A stretch of 64,000 nt of DNA from the NCBI RefSeq assembly GCF_009914755.1, contig NC_060947.1, one strand, 5' to 3'. This document shows, piece by piece, positions 45,500-59,110 of this stretch (the stretch's first letter is position 1; each line of letters starts with the position of its first letter). The notes under the pieces are model-generated. The model made no database searches. It was not told the DNA's origin and saw only the letters and a list, made by a program, of their open reading frames with translations. Source of the DNA: the human T2T-CHM13v2.0 reference genome, Homo sapiens. Position numbers and translations under genes: made by a program.

Positions 45500-48400
45500 T
45501 CCATGTAGTACAAACCCAAAGAAGCTCACACAAAGATATATAGTCAAACTGTTAAAAGGCACAGACAAGATGGCCTGTTGAAATCAGAAAGAAGTGACTT
45601 GCCTCATTTAAAAAAATCTTCAGCCAATTTCTCAAAACTTCAGAGAACAGACTGTTGTGGAATGATAAATTTAAAGTCTTAACAGGACAAAATGAACTGT
45701 CAAACAATATTCCAATATCAGGCAAAACTGTCCTTCAGAACAGAGGCTGAAATTAGAACATTCACATTCAAATCCAGAGACAGTTTGTGATCAATAGTCT
45801 TGTGCTGTAAGAAGTTTTCATGATATTTTTTAAGGTTGAAACGAAAGAAAGAGAGTAACTCAAAGTCACATGAAGATATAAAAATCACAAAGGTAAATAC
45901 TTGGCCGAATATGAAAGCCAGTATTACTTTAATTTGCTTTGTAACTCCATTTTTTATTTTATACTATATTTAGAAAACAAATGCATAAAATAATTATAAA
46001 ACTGTGTTAATGGGTACACAATATACATATAACTAACTCGTGATATCTATATCACAAATGTGTTGGTAGAAATGGCACTATGCAATAGTAGAGTTTCTTG
46101 TAAATGACTCAAATTAAGTTGTATACATCGAAATTAGTTTGTTTTAAACTTAGAATGTTACATGTAATCACTACGGTTACCACAAATGAAATATCTGTCT
46201 AATATTTATTAAAAAATGAGACTGCAATCAAATAAATAATTACCAAAAAATTAACTAGATGTAAAAGACAGCAGTAATAGAGGTAATTAAGAACCAAAAG
46301 ACCGTAAAACACAATAAACACACATCTAAATGGCAGAAATAAGTTATTTCCCATTGGTAATTACATTAATTAGTAGTGGATTCAGCTCTAAAATGAAAAG
46401 CCAGAGATTAGGAGAACGAATTAAAAATAGTATGATTCAACTATATGCTTCCTAGGAAAAGCTCACCATAGATCTAAAAGTGCAGATAGGTTAAAATTAA
46501 AAGATTGACAAAGCATATTTCAGACAATAGTAACAAAAAAATCTGGAGTGGCTATACAAATATCACCTAAAATAGGCTTTAAGTCAAAAACTGCTACAAG
46601 ACACAAGAACACAAGAATGGCATTACACATTGATAAGAACATTAGAATATCAAGAAAATTTAACCATTAAAAACAAACACTAACCAAACAAGGCAACCTC
46701 TAAAATATAAAGCAAAAATTGACAGAACTGAAAAGAGAAACACACAGCCCTACAGTAAGAGTTGGAAACACTGACACCCACATTCAGTCATGGAAAAAGC
46801 ATTCAGCTAAGAAACGAATACAAAAACAAATAAACTAAACTTACTATATAACTGTTAGACCTAACAGACACACACAAAAATACTCTACTCAGCAAAAACA
46901 CAACACACATTTAAAAAAATGAAATGGAACATTCTATTTCATAGACCATATATTGGACTGAAAAATAAGTCATAATAAAATATATAAGATTAAAGTGATA
47001 CAAAGTTTGTTTTCCAATTATTCTAGGATGAAACTAGAAATCAATAGTAGAAGAAAAACTAGAAAGTTCACAAATATGTAGAAATTAAACAACACACTCT
47101 AGAAGAATCAAATTATAAAATAAAAATTAGCATGGATATAAGAAACACCTTAAATCAAATGAAAACAAAAATACAACAAAATAAAATGAATATGTTGTAG
47201 TAAAAACAGTACTAAGAAAAAAATTTATAACTGCAATGAATACATTACATTAAAGATTGCACATCAGTAACCTAAGTTTGCACCTTAAGAAACTATGTAA
47301 GCAAGATAAAAAACTAAGCCCAAAGCTTGAAAAAAGAAGAAGACAGTAAAGATTCAAAGCACACATAATGAAAAAGAATTTAAAATAGAAAAAATTAGCA
47401 GAACTAAGAGTTGGTTATTTGAAATTATCAATAAAACTGGAAAATCTTTACCTAGTTGATCAACAGAATAAGAAAGACGACTCCAGTAGCCACAATAAAA
47501 AATAAAAGTGGGCCATTACCAATGATATTAAAGGATTTAACACAGTTATATTAAAGTACTATAAAATATTTTATGCCAACTAATGGGATTGTCTAGATTA
47601 CATTGAAAATGTCTTAGAAATACAGAGCCTACCTAGACTCATTAATACAAATAAAAATATAAGTATCCGCAGCTAGCTAAGAGATTGAATCAATAATGAA
47701 AACCTCCAAACAAAAGCTCTCAACCAAATTACTTAACTGGTGAAATCTACCAAGCATTAAAGAAGAATGACCAGAAATACTTTAAAAATTATCCAAAATA
47801 CTGAAAGAGTAAACACTTTGTAACATAATCTATAAGGTCATCGTCATTCTGATACTAAATACAGAGAAAGACACTGCAAGAAAATAAAAAAGGCTGATAT
47901 CCCTTATTAATACTAATGCAAGCAACCTCAACAAAATAGTAGCAGACTGAATTTAGCAGCATATTATGAGGATTATACATCTGACCAAATGTAATTGATT
48001 CAAGGAGTAAAAAGAAGTTTAACAAATATCACTTAATACAATACACATTATTAGCAAATAGAGGGAAAACATTATTATCTTGAATAATGCTTGAGAACAT
48101 TGAACAAAAAGCAAGAAGTTTTATAACAAGAAGCAACAAACTAGGAATAGGAAACTACCTTAATATAAAAAAGGTCATGTATAAAAGCCCCACAGCTAAC
48201 CTCATACTCAATAATAAAGGACTAAAAGGTATTTTCCTAAGATCAGGAATAAGACAAGGACTCCCTCTTTCACTACCTTTATTCAATATGATAGTCAAGT
48301 CTTAGCCAAAACAATTATAAATAAAAATAAATGTCATCCAAATTAAAAAGTAAGATGAAAAATTACTACTGTTAATAGATGACATAATATTTTATGTAAA

Positions 48401-49067
48401 AAATTTTCAAAGACTCCTCAAATGAAAATTTTGAAAACTAATAAAGAAATTTAGCAAAAATTTGCAATACAAAATCAACAGACAAACATCTGTTGCATTC
48501 TATACACTAGCAAAATAAATTAAATGAATAAATTCCATTTACCATATTGATGAGGTCAACAATAAAATACTTGGATATAAATTTAACACAGGAGTCAACA
48601 GACTTGTAAACTAAGAAGTACAAAATACTGTTGCAAAAAATTTAAAAAGACAAAAATAAATGGAAAGATATTCCACTTTGATGAATTAAAAGACTTAATA
48701 TTGTTAATATATTAATAGTACCCAAATGTAACTACAAAGTCAATGTAATTCCTATCAAAATTCCAATGACTTTTTTAGCAAAAATAAAAAAAAAACTATT
48801 TCTAAAATTTGTAAGAGAACTTAAGGCACTTCAAATAGCCAACAAACCATTTAAAAAGAAGAATGAAGTTGGAAAACTTTCACTTCCTGATTTTAAAACT
48901 TACTAAAAATATACATTCTTCATGATAGTGTGGTAGTAGAATAAAGACAGACAATATTGACCAATGACAGAATAGAGAGCTCAGAAATAAAACGCCAAAT
49001 ATGTAAATAATTTTTAGTTTCAAGACCATTTGATGGAAAATGTATAGTCTTAAGAAAGTATGCTTAG

Positions 49068-52000
49068 AAGGCAGAGCAAGATGGCCAAAAGAAAGTTCCA
49101 CCAATCATCCCTCCCACAAGAACAAAAAATTTTACACCAATGTAAACAAAAAAATGCACTTTCATCAAAAACAAAAATCAGATGATTACTCACACTACTT
49201 GCTTTTAACTAAAAGAGGCACTGAGGATAATAGGAAAGATAATCTCAAATTACTGATGCTACCCCTTCCCCATCACCCAGCAGTGACCATGTGGCATGGA
49301 GAGAGAATCCGTGCACTTGGAAGAGAACTAATGCAGCAATTGTGAGACAATGCATAGAACTCAGTGCTTCCCTGACACAAGAGAAAGTAAAACTGGGCTG
49401 AATTCAGGTGATTTTCACCCATGGAGGAAGTATTTAAACTACCTCTAGCAAGAAGGAAATTGCCCATTCCAGTGGTGAGTAATTGAGTTTTCACAAGCCT
49501 TGCTATCCCAACCTAAAGTGCTCTGGGGCCCTAAGTAAACTTGAAAGGCAGTCAAAGCCACAAAAGCTGAAACTGAGAGGCAAGTTCTAGTGTAGAACTG
49601 GGCTTAGAGCCAGTGGACCAGGGTGGAATGTGACCTAGGGAGACACCAGCCATGTCAATTAAGCAAGTGCTTGCACCACTCCTCCCCCGACCCCATGCAG
49701 CAAAGCTCACAGCAATAGAAGTGACTCATCTCTTCTATGTGAGGAGAGGAAAGAGTAAAGAGGACTTTGTTGCATCTTGAATACCAGCTCAGCCACAGTA
49801 GGATAGGGCACTGGCCAAAGGTATAAGGCCTCTTTTTCAGGCCCTAGCTTCCACATGACATTTGTAGACATACCCTGGACAAAAAAGGAATCTGCTGCAT
49901 TAAAAGGAAGGACATGGATCTGGCAGGACCCATCACCTGCTGACTAAAGAGCCATTGAGCTCTGAATAACAAGCAGTGATACCCAGGTAATATGCTTCCT
50001 GGATTCAGGTGAGATTCAACACATTACCACCTGTGGTGGATATGAGGAAAGATTCTTTCTGCTTCAGAAAAGTGGAGGGAAAAGTAAAGGGGACTTTGCC
50101 TTTCACCTTAGGTACCAGCTTGGCCACTGAAGGGTACAAATAGACACTTGGAGTCTCTGATTCTAGGCCTTGGCTGCTGGACAGACTCTTTGGATCTGCT
50201 CTGGGTCAGAGTGGAGCCCACTGCACTAAAGGGTAAATTGTAGGCCAGGCAGCATTCACCAGCTGACTGAGGAACCCTAGAGCCGTAAGGAAACATCAGC
50301 GGTAGACTGGTAGTATTCTCCATGAGCCTGTGGTGGTGGTGGTCACAGAGTAAGACTCCTCTGCCTGTGGAAATGGAAGGAAAGAGTGAGAAGAAATGCT
50401 TCTTGTGGTTTGAGTGCCAGCTCAGCCAGAAAACAAAATAATATCACATAGACTTATTAAATTTTGCCTCAAGTCTATGCTTTCATATTACACCTCTGGA
50501 TCTGCCGGGAGCCTGGTGGATCTCACCTACCCTAAAGGGAAAGAAACAAGCCTGCCTGGCTTCTAAATGCCCTGATCACAGAACACTAGGGCCCTGAGTG
50601 AACACAGGTGATAGTCAGGCAGTGGTTACAGCAGGCCTTGGGAAAGACCCAGTGCTGTGCTGGTTTCAGATCTTACCCAATGCAGTTCCAGTTTGGTGGC
50701 CAAAAGGGTGCTTGTTTCTCCTCACCCTCAACTTCAGGTGAATCAGAACAGAGAGAAATACTTAATTTGAGGTGGGGATGGGCAGGGGAGAAAAAAGAAG
50801 AGAGCAGGGTTCTCTGCCTGGTAATCCAGATAATTATTCAAAATTTTATGCAAGATCATCAAGGTTGTATTTCTATGAGTCTGCAAGAACCACAGTGTTA
50901 TTGGGTTGGAGTGCACTTTAATGAGAATATGGCTTGGATAACAACACCACGGTTTCGTCAAATACCTAGAAACTCTTCCAAGAAGAACAGATAAAAACAA
51001 GCCTAGACTGTGAAGAACACAAAAAATACCTAACACTTTTATGACCAGAGAGAGATGAACATTCACAAGTATCAAGACTATCCAGGCAAACATGACCTCA
51101 CCAAATGAAATAAATAAGGTACCAGGGGCTAATCCTGGAGAAAAAAGAGATATGTGACTTTTTAGTAAGAGAATTCAAAACAGCTATGTTGAGGAAACTC
51201 AAATACAAGAAAACATAGAGAAGGAATTTAGAATCTAGCAGATACAATCAACAAAGAGATTAAAATAATTTTAAAAATCAACCAGAAATTCTGGAGCTGA
51301 AAAATGCAATTGGCATACAGGAGAATGAATCAGAGTCCTTTAATAGCAGAATTGGTCAAGCAGAAGAAAGAGTTAGTGAGCTTGAAGACAGGCTACATGG
51401 AATACATGGCCAGAGGAGACAAATAAAAAAAGTAAAACAACAACAACAACAACAACAAAAACAAAGAAGCACACCTATGGGATCTAGAAAACGGCCTCAA
51501 AAGGGCAAATCTAAGAGTTATTGGTTTTAAAGAAGAGGTAGACAAATAGGGGCAGAAAGTATACACAAAGGGATAATATCAGAGAATTTCCAAAAGGTAG
51601 TGAAAGATAATAACATTCAAGTACAAGAAGGTTACAGAAGAAAAAGAAGATTTAATCCAAAGAATAATAGCTCAAGGCATGTAATAATCAAACTCCTAAA
51701 TGTCAAAAATAAGAAAAGCGTCCTAAGCATCAAAAGAAAAGAAACAAATAACAAGCAATGGAAGTCCAATACACCTGGCAGCAGTTTTTCTAGTGAAAAT
51801 TTTAGGCCAAAAGAGAGTGGCATGACATATTTAAAATGATGAAGGAAAAACTTTTAAGTTATAATAGTATATTCAGTGAAAATATCTTTCAAACCTGAGT
51901 AAGAAACAAAAGTTTTATCAAACAAACAAAAGCTGAGAGATTTCTCAAACACCAGTCATGTTCTTCAGGAAATGTTAAAGGGAATACTTCAATCAGAAAG

Positions 52001-55000
52001 AAAAAGACATTAATAAGCAAAAAGAAATCATATGAAGGTACAAAGCTCCCTGGTAGTATTAAGTACACAGAAAATCACAGAATGCTATAACACTGTAACT
52101 GTGGCGTGTAAACATGAAACCAAAAAACATACAACAGGTATACAAAAAATAAAAAGGGAATAGAAAATCATTTCACCAAAGAAAATCATCTTCATGAACA
52201 GGAAGACAGGAAAGAGAAAAGGAAGAGAAGACCATAAAACAACCATAAAATATACAGCAAAATGCAGAAGTAAGTCTTTACTTATAAATAATAACATTGA
52301 ATGTAAATGAACTAAACTGTCCAACCAAAAGACACAGTATGGCTAAAGGGATTTTTAAAAAAGCACACCCAGTGATTTGTTGCCTATTAAGAAACACACT
52401 TCACCTATAAAGACACATATAGACTGAAAATAAAGGGATGGAAAAAGAGATTCCATGCCAAGGGAAACCAAAAAAGAGCAGGAGTAGTTATATGTATATC
52501 AGCAAAGGTAGATTTCAAGACCAAAAGTATAAGAAGAGAAAAAGAAGGTCACTGTATAATGATAAAGGAGTCAATTCCACAAGAGGATATAGCAATTTAA
52601 AATATACATGCACTTAACTCTGGAGCACCTGGATATATAAAGCAAAATTATTATTGCTAAAGAGAGAGATAGGCCCCAATATAATAATAGAAAATATACC
52701 AAGAAACATCAGGCTTAATCTGCACTATGGATCAAAAAAACTAATAGAAATTTATATAACGTTTCATTCAAAGATTTTAGAATACATATTCTTTTATTCA
52801 ACACATGGATTCTTCCCAAGGAAAGACCATATGTTAGGTCACAACATAAGTTTTAAAACATTCAAAAAAATAAAATAATATCAAGCATTTTCTCTGATGA
52901 CAATAGAATTAAACTAGAAATAAACAAATGGAATTTTGATAAGTACAGAAATACATGGAAATTAAACAATATGCACTTCAATGACCAATGGGTCAATGAA
53001 GAAATAAATAAAAAATTTGAACATTTTCTAGAGACAAATGATAGTGGATACAAAATATACCCAAACCTATGAGATTTATCAAAAGCAGTACTAATATGGA
53101 AGTCTATAACTGTAAACATCTACATCAAAAAAGAAGAAAAATTTCAAATAAATGACATAAGAATTTAAAGTAAGGAACTAGAAAATCAAAAACAAATCAA
53201 GCCAAAAATTGGTAGAAGAGAAGGAATAATAAATGTAAGAATATAAATAAATAAAATTAAAATGAAGACATTACAAACAATCAAGGAAACAAAAAGTTGA
53301 TTTTGGAAATAATAAAAAAATTGGCAAACCTTTAGTCAGGCTAACTAAAAAAAGAGAGAGAAGATAAAAAATAAATAAATAAAATCAGAGATGAAAAAGG
53401 AGACATTACAACTGATAATGCAGAAATACAAAGGATCATTAGGGGCTACTATGAGCAAATATATGCCAATAATTTGAAAAAAAAGAGAAATTGGATACGG
53501 TCCTAGAAACATACAAGCTAATAATATTAAACCAGGAAGAATTCCAAAATCTAAACAGACCAGTAATACTTAACATGTTCTAAGCCTTAATAAAAAGCCT
53601 GAGACCTGATGACTTCTGTGCTGAATGTTACCAAACATTCAAAGAAGAATGATTACCAATTCTACTCAAATTATTCTGAAAAATAGAAGAGTAAGGAATA
53701 TGAAGTCAGTATTATCCTGGTACAAAAACCAGACACAAACATATTACAAAAAGAAAACTGCAAGCCGGTATCTTTGATGAACATTTATGCAAATTTTTCA
53801 ACATTATATTAGCAAACTAAATTTATTGACACATTAAAAAAATCATTCATCATGACCAAGTGGGATTTATCCCAGGAATGCAAGGATGGTTCAACTTACT
53901 CAATTCAATAAATGTGATACATTATATCAACAGAATGAAATAAAAAATCATATAAACATTTCAATTGGTCTTGAAAAAGCACTTGATAAAATTCAACATT
54001 CCTTCATAAGAAAAACCAGAAAAAAACTAGATGTATAACGAATATATTTCAAAATAATAAAAGTCATATACATTAGACACATAGCAAGTATTATACTGAA
54101 TGGAGAAAACCAGAAAGCCTATCCTCTAAGATGAGTAACATAACAAGGATGCTCACTTTCAACACTGTTATTCAATATAGTACTGGAAGTCCAAGCTAGA
54201 TCAATCAGGCCAGAGAATAAAATAAAGGGCAACTAAATTGAAAAGGAAGAAGTTGATTTATCCTTGTTTGCAAATTATATACTCTTATATTTTGCAAAAT
54301 CTAAAGACTCCACCAAAAAAAAAAAACTATTAGAAATGACAAACAAATTCGGTAAAGTTGCAGGCTACAAAATTAAGATACAAAAATTGGTAGCATTTCT
54401 ATATGCCAAGAGCAAACAATCTGAGAAAGAAATATAAAATGTAATTGCATTTACAATAGCCACAAATAAAATTAAATACCTAGAATTTAACTTAACCAAA
54501 GAAGGGAAGGATCTCTGCAATTAAAACTATACATAATTGATGCAAGTAATTGAATAGCACATGAAAATTGGAAACATATTCTGTTTATAGGTTTGAAGCA
54601 TTGATACTGATGAAATATTCATACTACCCAAAGCAATCTAAAGATTCAATGAAAATAAAAATCCTATCAAAACACCAATGACATTTTTCTCAGAAACAGA
54701 CAAAAAAGACTAAGATTTATATAGAAGAACAAAAGACCCAGAATAATCAAGCTATTTTAAGCAAAAAGGACAAAACTAGAGAAATCATATTAATGGACTT
54801 CAAATTATGCTACAGAGCTCTAGTAAACTGAATGACAAGCTACTGGCATTAAAACAGACACATAAATCAGTGGAACAGAATAGAGAACCCAGAGATAAAG
54901 GCATACATCTACAGTGAACTCACTGTTGACAAAGGTGCCAATAACATACATCAAGGAAAGAATTACCCCATCTCTCTACCTAAAAAAATCAAATAAAAAT

Positions 55001-56298
55001 GGCTTAAGAATTAAATATAAGACCTCGAACTATGAAAGTACTGCAAGAAAATATTGGGAAAACTCTCAAGGACATTGGAATGGGCAAAAATTTATTGAGT
55101 AACACTCCATAAGCGAAGGCACCTAAAGCAAAAATGGACAGATGAGATCACATCAAGTTAAGCTTCTGCACAGTAAAGGATACAATCAGCAAAGTGAAGA
55201 GACCACACACAGAGTGGGACAAAATACTTGTAACCTACCCATTGGAAAAGGGTTTAATAACCAGAATATATAAGGAGCTCAAACAATCCTATAGAAAAAA
55301 ATACAACAATCTGACATAAAAATTAGGCAAAAGATTTGACTAGACATTTCTCAAAAAAAGACATAAAAACGTCAAACAGACATGAAAAGGCACTGAACAT
55401 CAATGATCATCATAGAAATGCAAATTAAAGCTACAATGAGATATCATATCACCAGTTGAAGTGTCTTTTAGTCAAAAGGCAGGTGACAACAAAGGCTGGC
55501 ATGGATGTGGAGAAAAAAGAACCCTTGTACACTGTTGTTGGGAATATAAAGTAGTACAACCAATATGGAGAACAATTTGTAGGTTCCTCAAGATACTAAA
55601 AATAAAGCTTCCATATGATCCAGCAATCCTACTGCCTGATATATACACAAAAGAAAATAGACCAGGGTATTGAAAAGATATCTGAAGTTCCATGTTTGTT
55701 GCAATGCTGTCCACAATAACCAACATTTGGAAGTAACGTGTTTATTAACAGATGAATGGATAAATAAAATGTGGTACATGTACACAATGGAGTACTATTC
55801 AGCCATGTTTGCAACAACATGGATGGCACTGGAGTTTATTATGTTAATTAAAACAAGCAAAGCACAGAAAGACACATTTCACATGTTCTCACTTATATGT
55901 GAGAACTAAAAATTAAAACAATTGAACTCATGGACATAGAGAGTAGAAAGGTGGTTACCACAGGCTGGGAAGGTTAATAAGGGAGTAGGGGGAAGTGAGG
56001 ATGGTTAATGCATACAAAAATAATACTTGGATATAAGAAGACCTACCATTGGATAGCACAACAGGGTGACTATAGTAAAAAATAATGTAATTGTACACTT
56101 AAAATATTTAAAATACAATAACTGGATTACTTTTAACTTGAAGGATAAATGCTTGAAGTGACAGATACCTTATTTACCATGAGGTGATTATTACTGCTTG
56201 CATGCCTGTATCAAAATATCTCATGTATCTTATAAATATACACACCTACTATGTACCCTAAAATTAGGAAATAAAATAAAATTCTTAGAATCTGAAAG
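49068..56298 (+). mobile_element. Near full-length L1MA1/2-like LINE-1 (~7.2 kb), decayed
   Basis: 5' start 'ggcagagcaagatggcc', ~2-kb 5' UTR, ORF1, ORF2 and L1MA-type 3' UTR ('gatagcacaacagggtgactatagt'). TSD agaaa(g/a)tatgcttag at 49053-49067 and 56299-56313. Confidence 0.9.
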
Positions 56299-56630
56299 AG
56301 AAAATATGCTTAGCAAACTTAATATTCAAAATGGAAAATACAATGTTGAACCCTTCACTTATGCTGTATACAAACATTAAAATAAATCAAATACCTAAAT
56401 GTAAGAACTGAAATACAAAGTCTTTTGAATAAGTTATAGGGGAGAGCTTCATGCTATTGAATTTAAAAAAGATTACTTGTATATGACACAAAGATAACTG
56501 GCATAAAAGAAAAAAATATGACAGATTTCATTGAATTTCAAAACTTTTGATAATTAAAGGACAGTAAAGAATGTGAAAATGCAATCCACAGAATGTGAGA
56601 AAATGTTTTCAAATCATATATCTGATAAAG

Positions 56631-58638
56631 TATCGGGGGAACCAGCCCCCAGTTTTTCAACGTAGGTTCTTTTCTATTTTCCCTAAGTGTTGGCTGGTCT
56701 GAGAAATAAAGAGAAAGAGTACAAAAGAGAGAAATTTTACAGCTGGGTCTCCGGGGGCGACATCACATGTTAGCAGTTTCCGTGATGCCCCTGAGCTGCA
56801 AAACCAGCAAATTTTTATTAGCGATTTTCAAAGGGGAGGGAGTGCACGAATAGGGTGTGGGTCACAGAGATCACATGCTTCAAAGGCAATAAAAATCACA
56901 AGGCAAATGGGGGCAGAGCAAGATCACAAGGCCAGGGCAAAATTAGAATTACTAATGAGGTTCCATGTCCTGCTGTGCAAGCATTGTCATTGATAAACAT
57001 CTTAACAGGAAACAGGGTTCAAGAGCAGAGAACTAATCTGACTAGAATTCACCAGGCTGGAATTTCCTAATCCTAGCAAGCCTGAGGATGCTGCAGGAGA
57101 CCAGGGCGTATTTCATCTCTTATCTACAACTGCATAAGACAGACACTCCCAGAGCGGCCATTTTAGAGGCCTCCCCCTGGGAATGCATTCTTTTCCCAGG
57201 GCTGTTCCTTGCTGAGAAAAAGAATTCAGTGATATTTCTCCTATTTGCTTTTGCAAGAAGAGAAATATGACTCTGTTCTGCCTGGCCCCACATGCAGTCA
57301 GGCCTTATGGTTATCTGCCTTGTTCCCTGAAAATCACTGTTATCCTGTTCTTTTAGGATGCCCAGATTTCATATTGTTCTAACACACATGTTATACAAAC
57401 AATTTGTACAGATAACGCAATCATCACAGGGTCCTGAGGCAACATACATCCTCAGCTTACAAAGATGATGGGATTAAGAGATTAACGTAATGGTTGAACT
57501 AGTTTACAGTCCCACCAACAGTGTAAAAGTGTTCCTATTTCTCCACATCCTCTCCAGCACCTGTTGTTTCCTGACTTTTTAATGATCGCCATTCTAACTG
57601 GTGTGAGATGCTATCTCATTGTGGTTTTGATTTGCATTTCTCTGAATGGCCAGTGATGATGAGCATTTTTTCATGTGCTTTTTAGCTGCATAAGTGTCTT
57701 CTTTTGAGAAGTGTCTGTTCATATCCTTTGCCCACTTTTTGATGGGGTTGTTTGTTTTTTTCTTGTAAATTTGTTTGGAAGTCAGTGTGGTGATTCCTCA
57801 GGTATCTAGAACTAGAAATACCATTTGACCCAGCCATCCCATTACTGGGTATATACCCAAAGGATTATAAATCATGCTGCTAGAAAGACACATGCACATG
57901 TATGTTTATTGCGGCACTATTCACAATAGCAAAGACCTGGAACCAACCCAAATGTCCAACAACAATAGACTGGATTAAGAAAATGTGGCATATATACACC
58001 ATGGAATACTATGCAGCCATAAAAAATGATTTGTTCATGTCCTTTGTAGGGACATGGATGAAACTGGAAACCATCATTCTCAGCAAACTATCGCAAGGAC
58101 AAAAAACCAAACACCGCATGTTCTCACTCATAGGTGGGAATTGAACAATGAGAACACTTGGACACAGGAAGGGGAACATCACACACCGGGGACTGTTGTG
58201 GGGTGGGGGGAGGGGGGAGGGATAGCATTAGGAGATATACCTAATGTTAAATGACGAGTTAATGGGTGTAGCACACCAACATGACACATGTATACATATG
58301 TAACAAACCTGCACATTGTGCACATGTACCCTAAAACTTAAAGTGTAATAATAATAAAATTAAAAAAAAGAAATCATCAGTATACACTTATATTCATTAA
58401 ATAAAGAGATTAACATAAAGACAGGCATAGGAAATTATGAGTATTGATTGGGGGAGTGATAAATGTCCATGAAATCTTCACAATTTATGTTCAGTGATTG
58501 CAGTAAAAACAGGCATAAGAAATTATAAAAGTATTAACTTGGGGAACTAACAAATGTCCATGAAGTCTTCACAATTTATGTTCTTCTGCCGTGGCTTCAG
58601 CCAGTCCTTCTGTTTGGCGTCCCTGACTTCCCACAACA
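56631..58638 (-). mobile_element. MER11 solo LTR (HERV-K11/HML-8), interrupted by an L1PA
   Basis: The - strand begins 'tgttgtgggaagtcagggacgccaaacagaaggactggctgaagccacggcagaagaac'. Perfect 6-bp TSD ataaag at 56625-56630 and 58639-58644. Confidence 0.92.
57491..58403 (+). mobile_element. 5'-inverted (twin-primed) L1PA (L1PA3-5-like)
   Basis: 57491-57776 is antisense L1 and 57776-58369 is sense L1 with a tail. 15-bp TSD aagagattaac(g/a)taa at 57476-57490 and 58404-58418. Confidence 0.94.
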
Positions 58639-58837
58639 ATAAAGGATTAGTATGAAACATGAAAATAATTTTAACAATTCTACAACAAAATAAACCAAAT
58701 AACCCAATTTAAAGATGGGCAAAGTAGTTGAATTGACATCTCTCCAATAAAAATATACAGATGACCATTAGTCACATAAAAATATGGCTAATATTTCTTC
58801 TCATTAGGAAAATGTAAATAAAAAAGACAATGAGATT

Positions 58838-59110
58838 TTTTTTGTCTTTCTGAGATGGAGTCCCACTCTGTCACCTAGGCTGGTGTGCTGTGGCATGATC
58901 TTGGCTCATTGCATCCTCTGCCTCCTGGGTTCACGTGATTCTCCTGCCTCAGCCTACTGAGTAGCTGGGATTACAGGCACACACCACCACACCTGGCTAA
59001 TTTTTGTATTTTTGCTACAGAAGGAGTCTCAAACTCCTGACCTCAAGTGATACACCCACATTGGCCTCCCAAAGTGCTGAGATTACAGGCGTGAGCCACT
59101 GCACCCACCC
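58838..59110 (-). mobile_element. Alu (AluS-type) with a small internal deletion
   Basis: Reverse-complement Alu. Perfect TSD aagacaatgagatt at 58824-58837 and 59111-59124. Confidence 0.93.
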
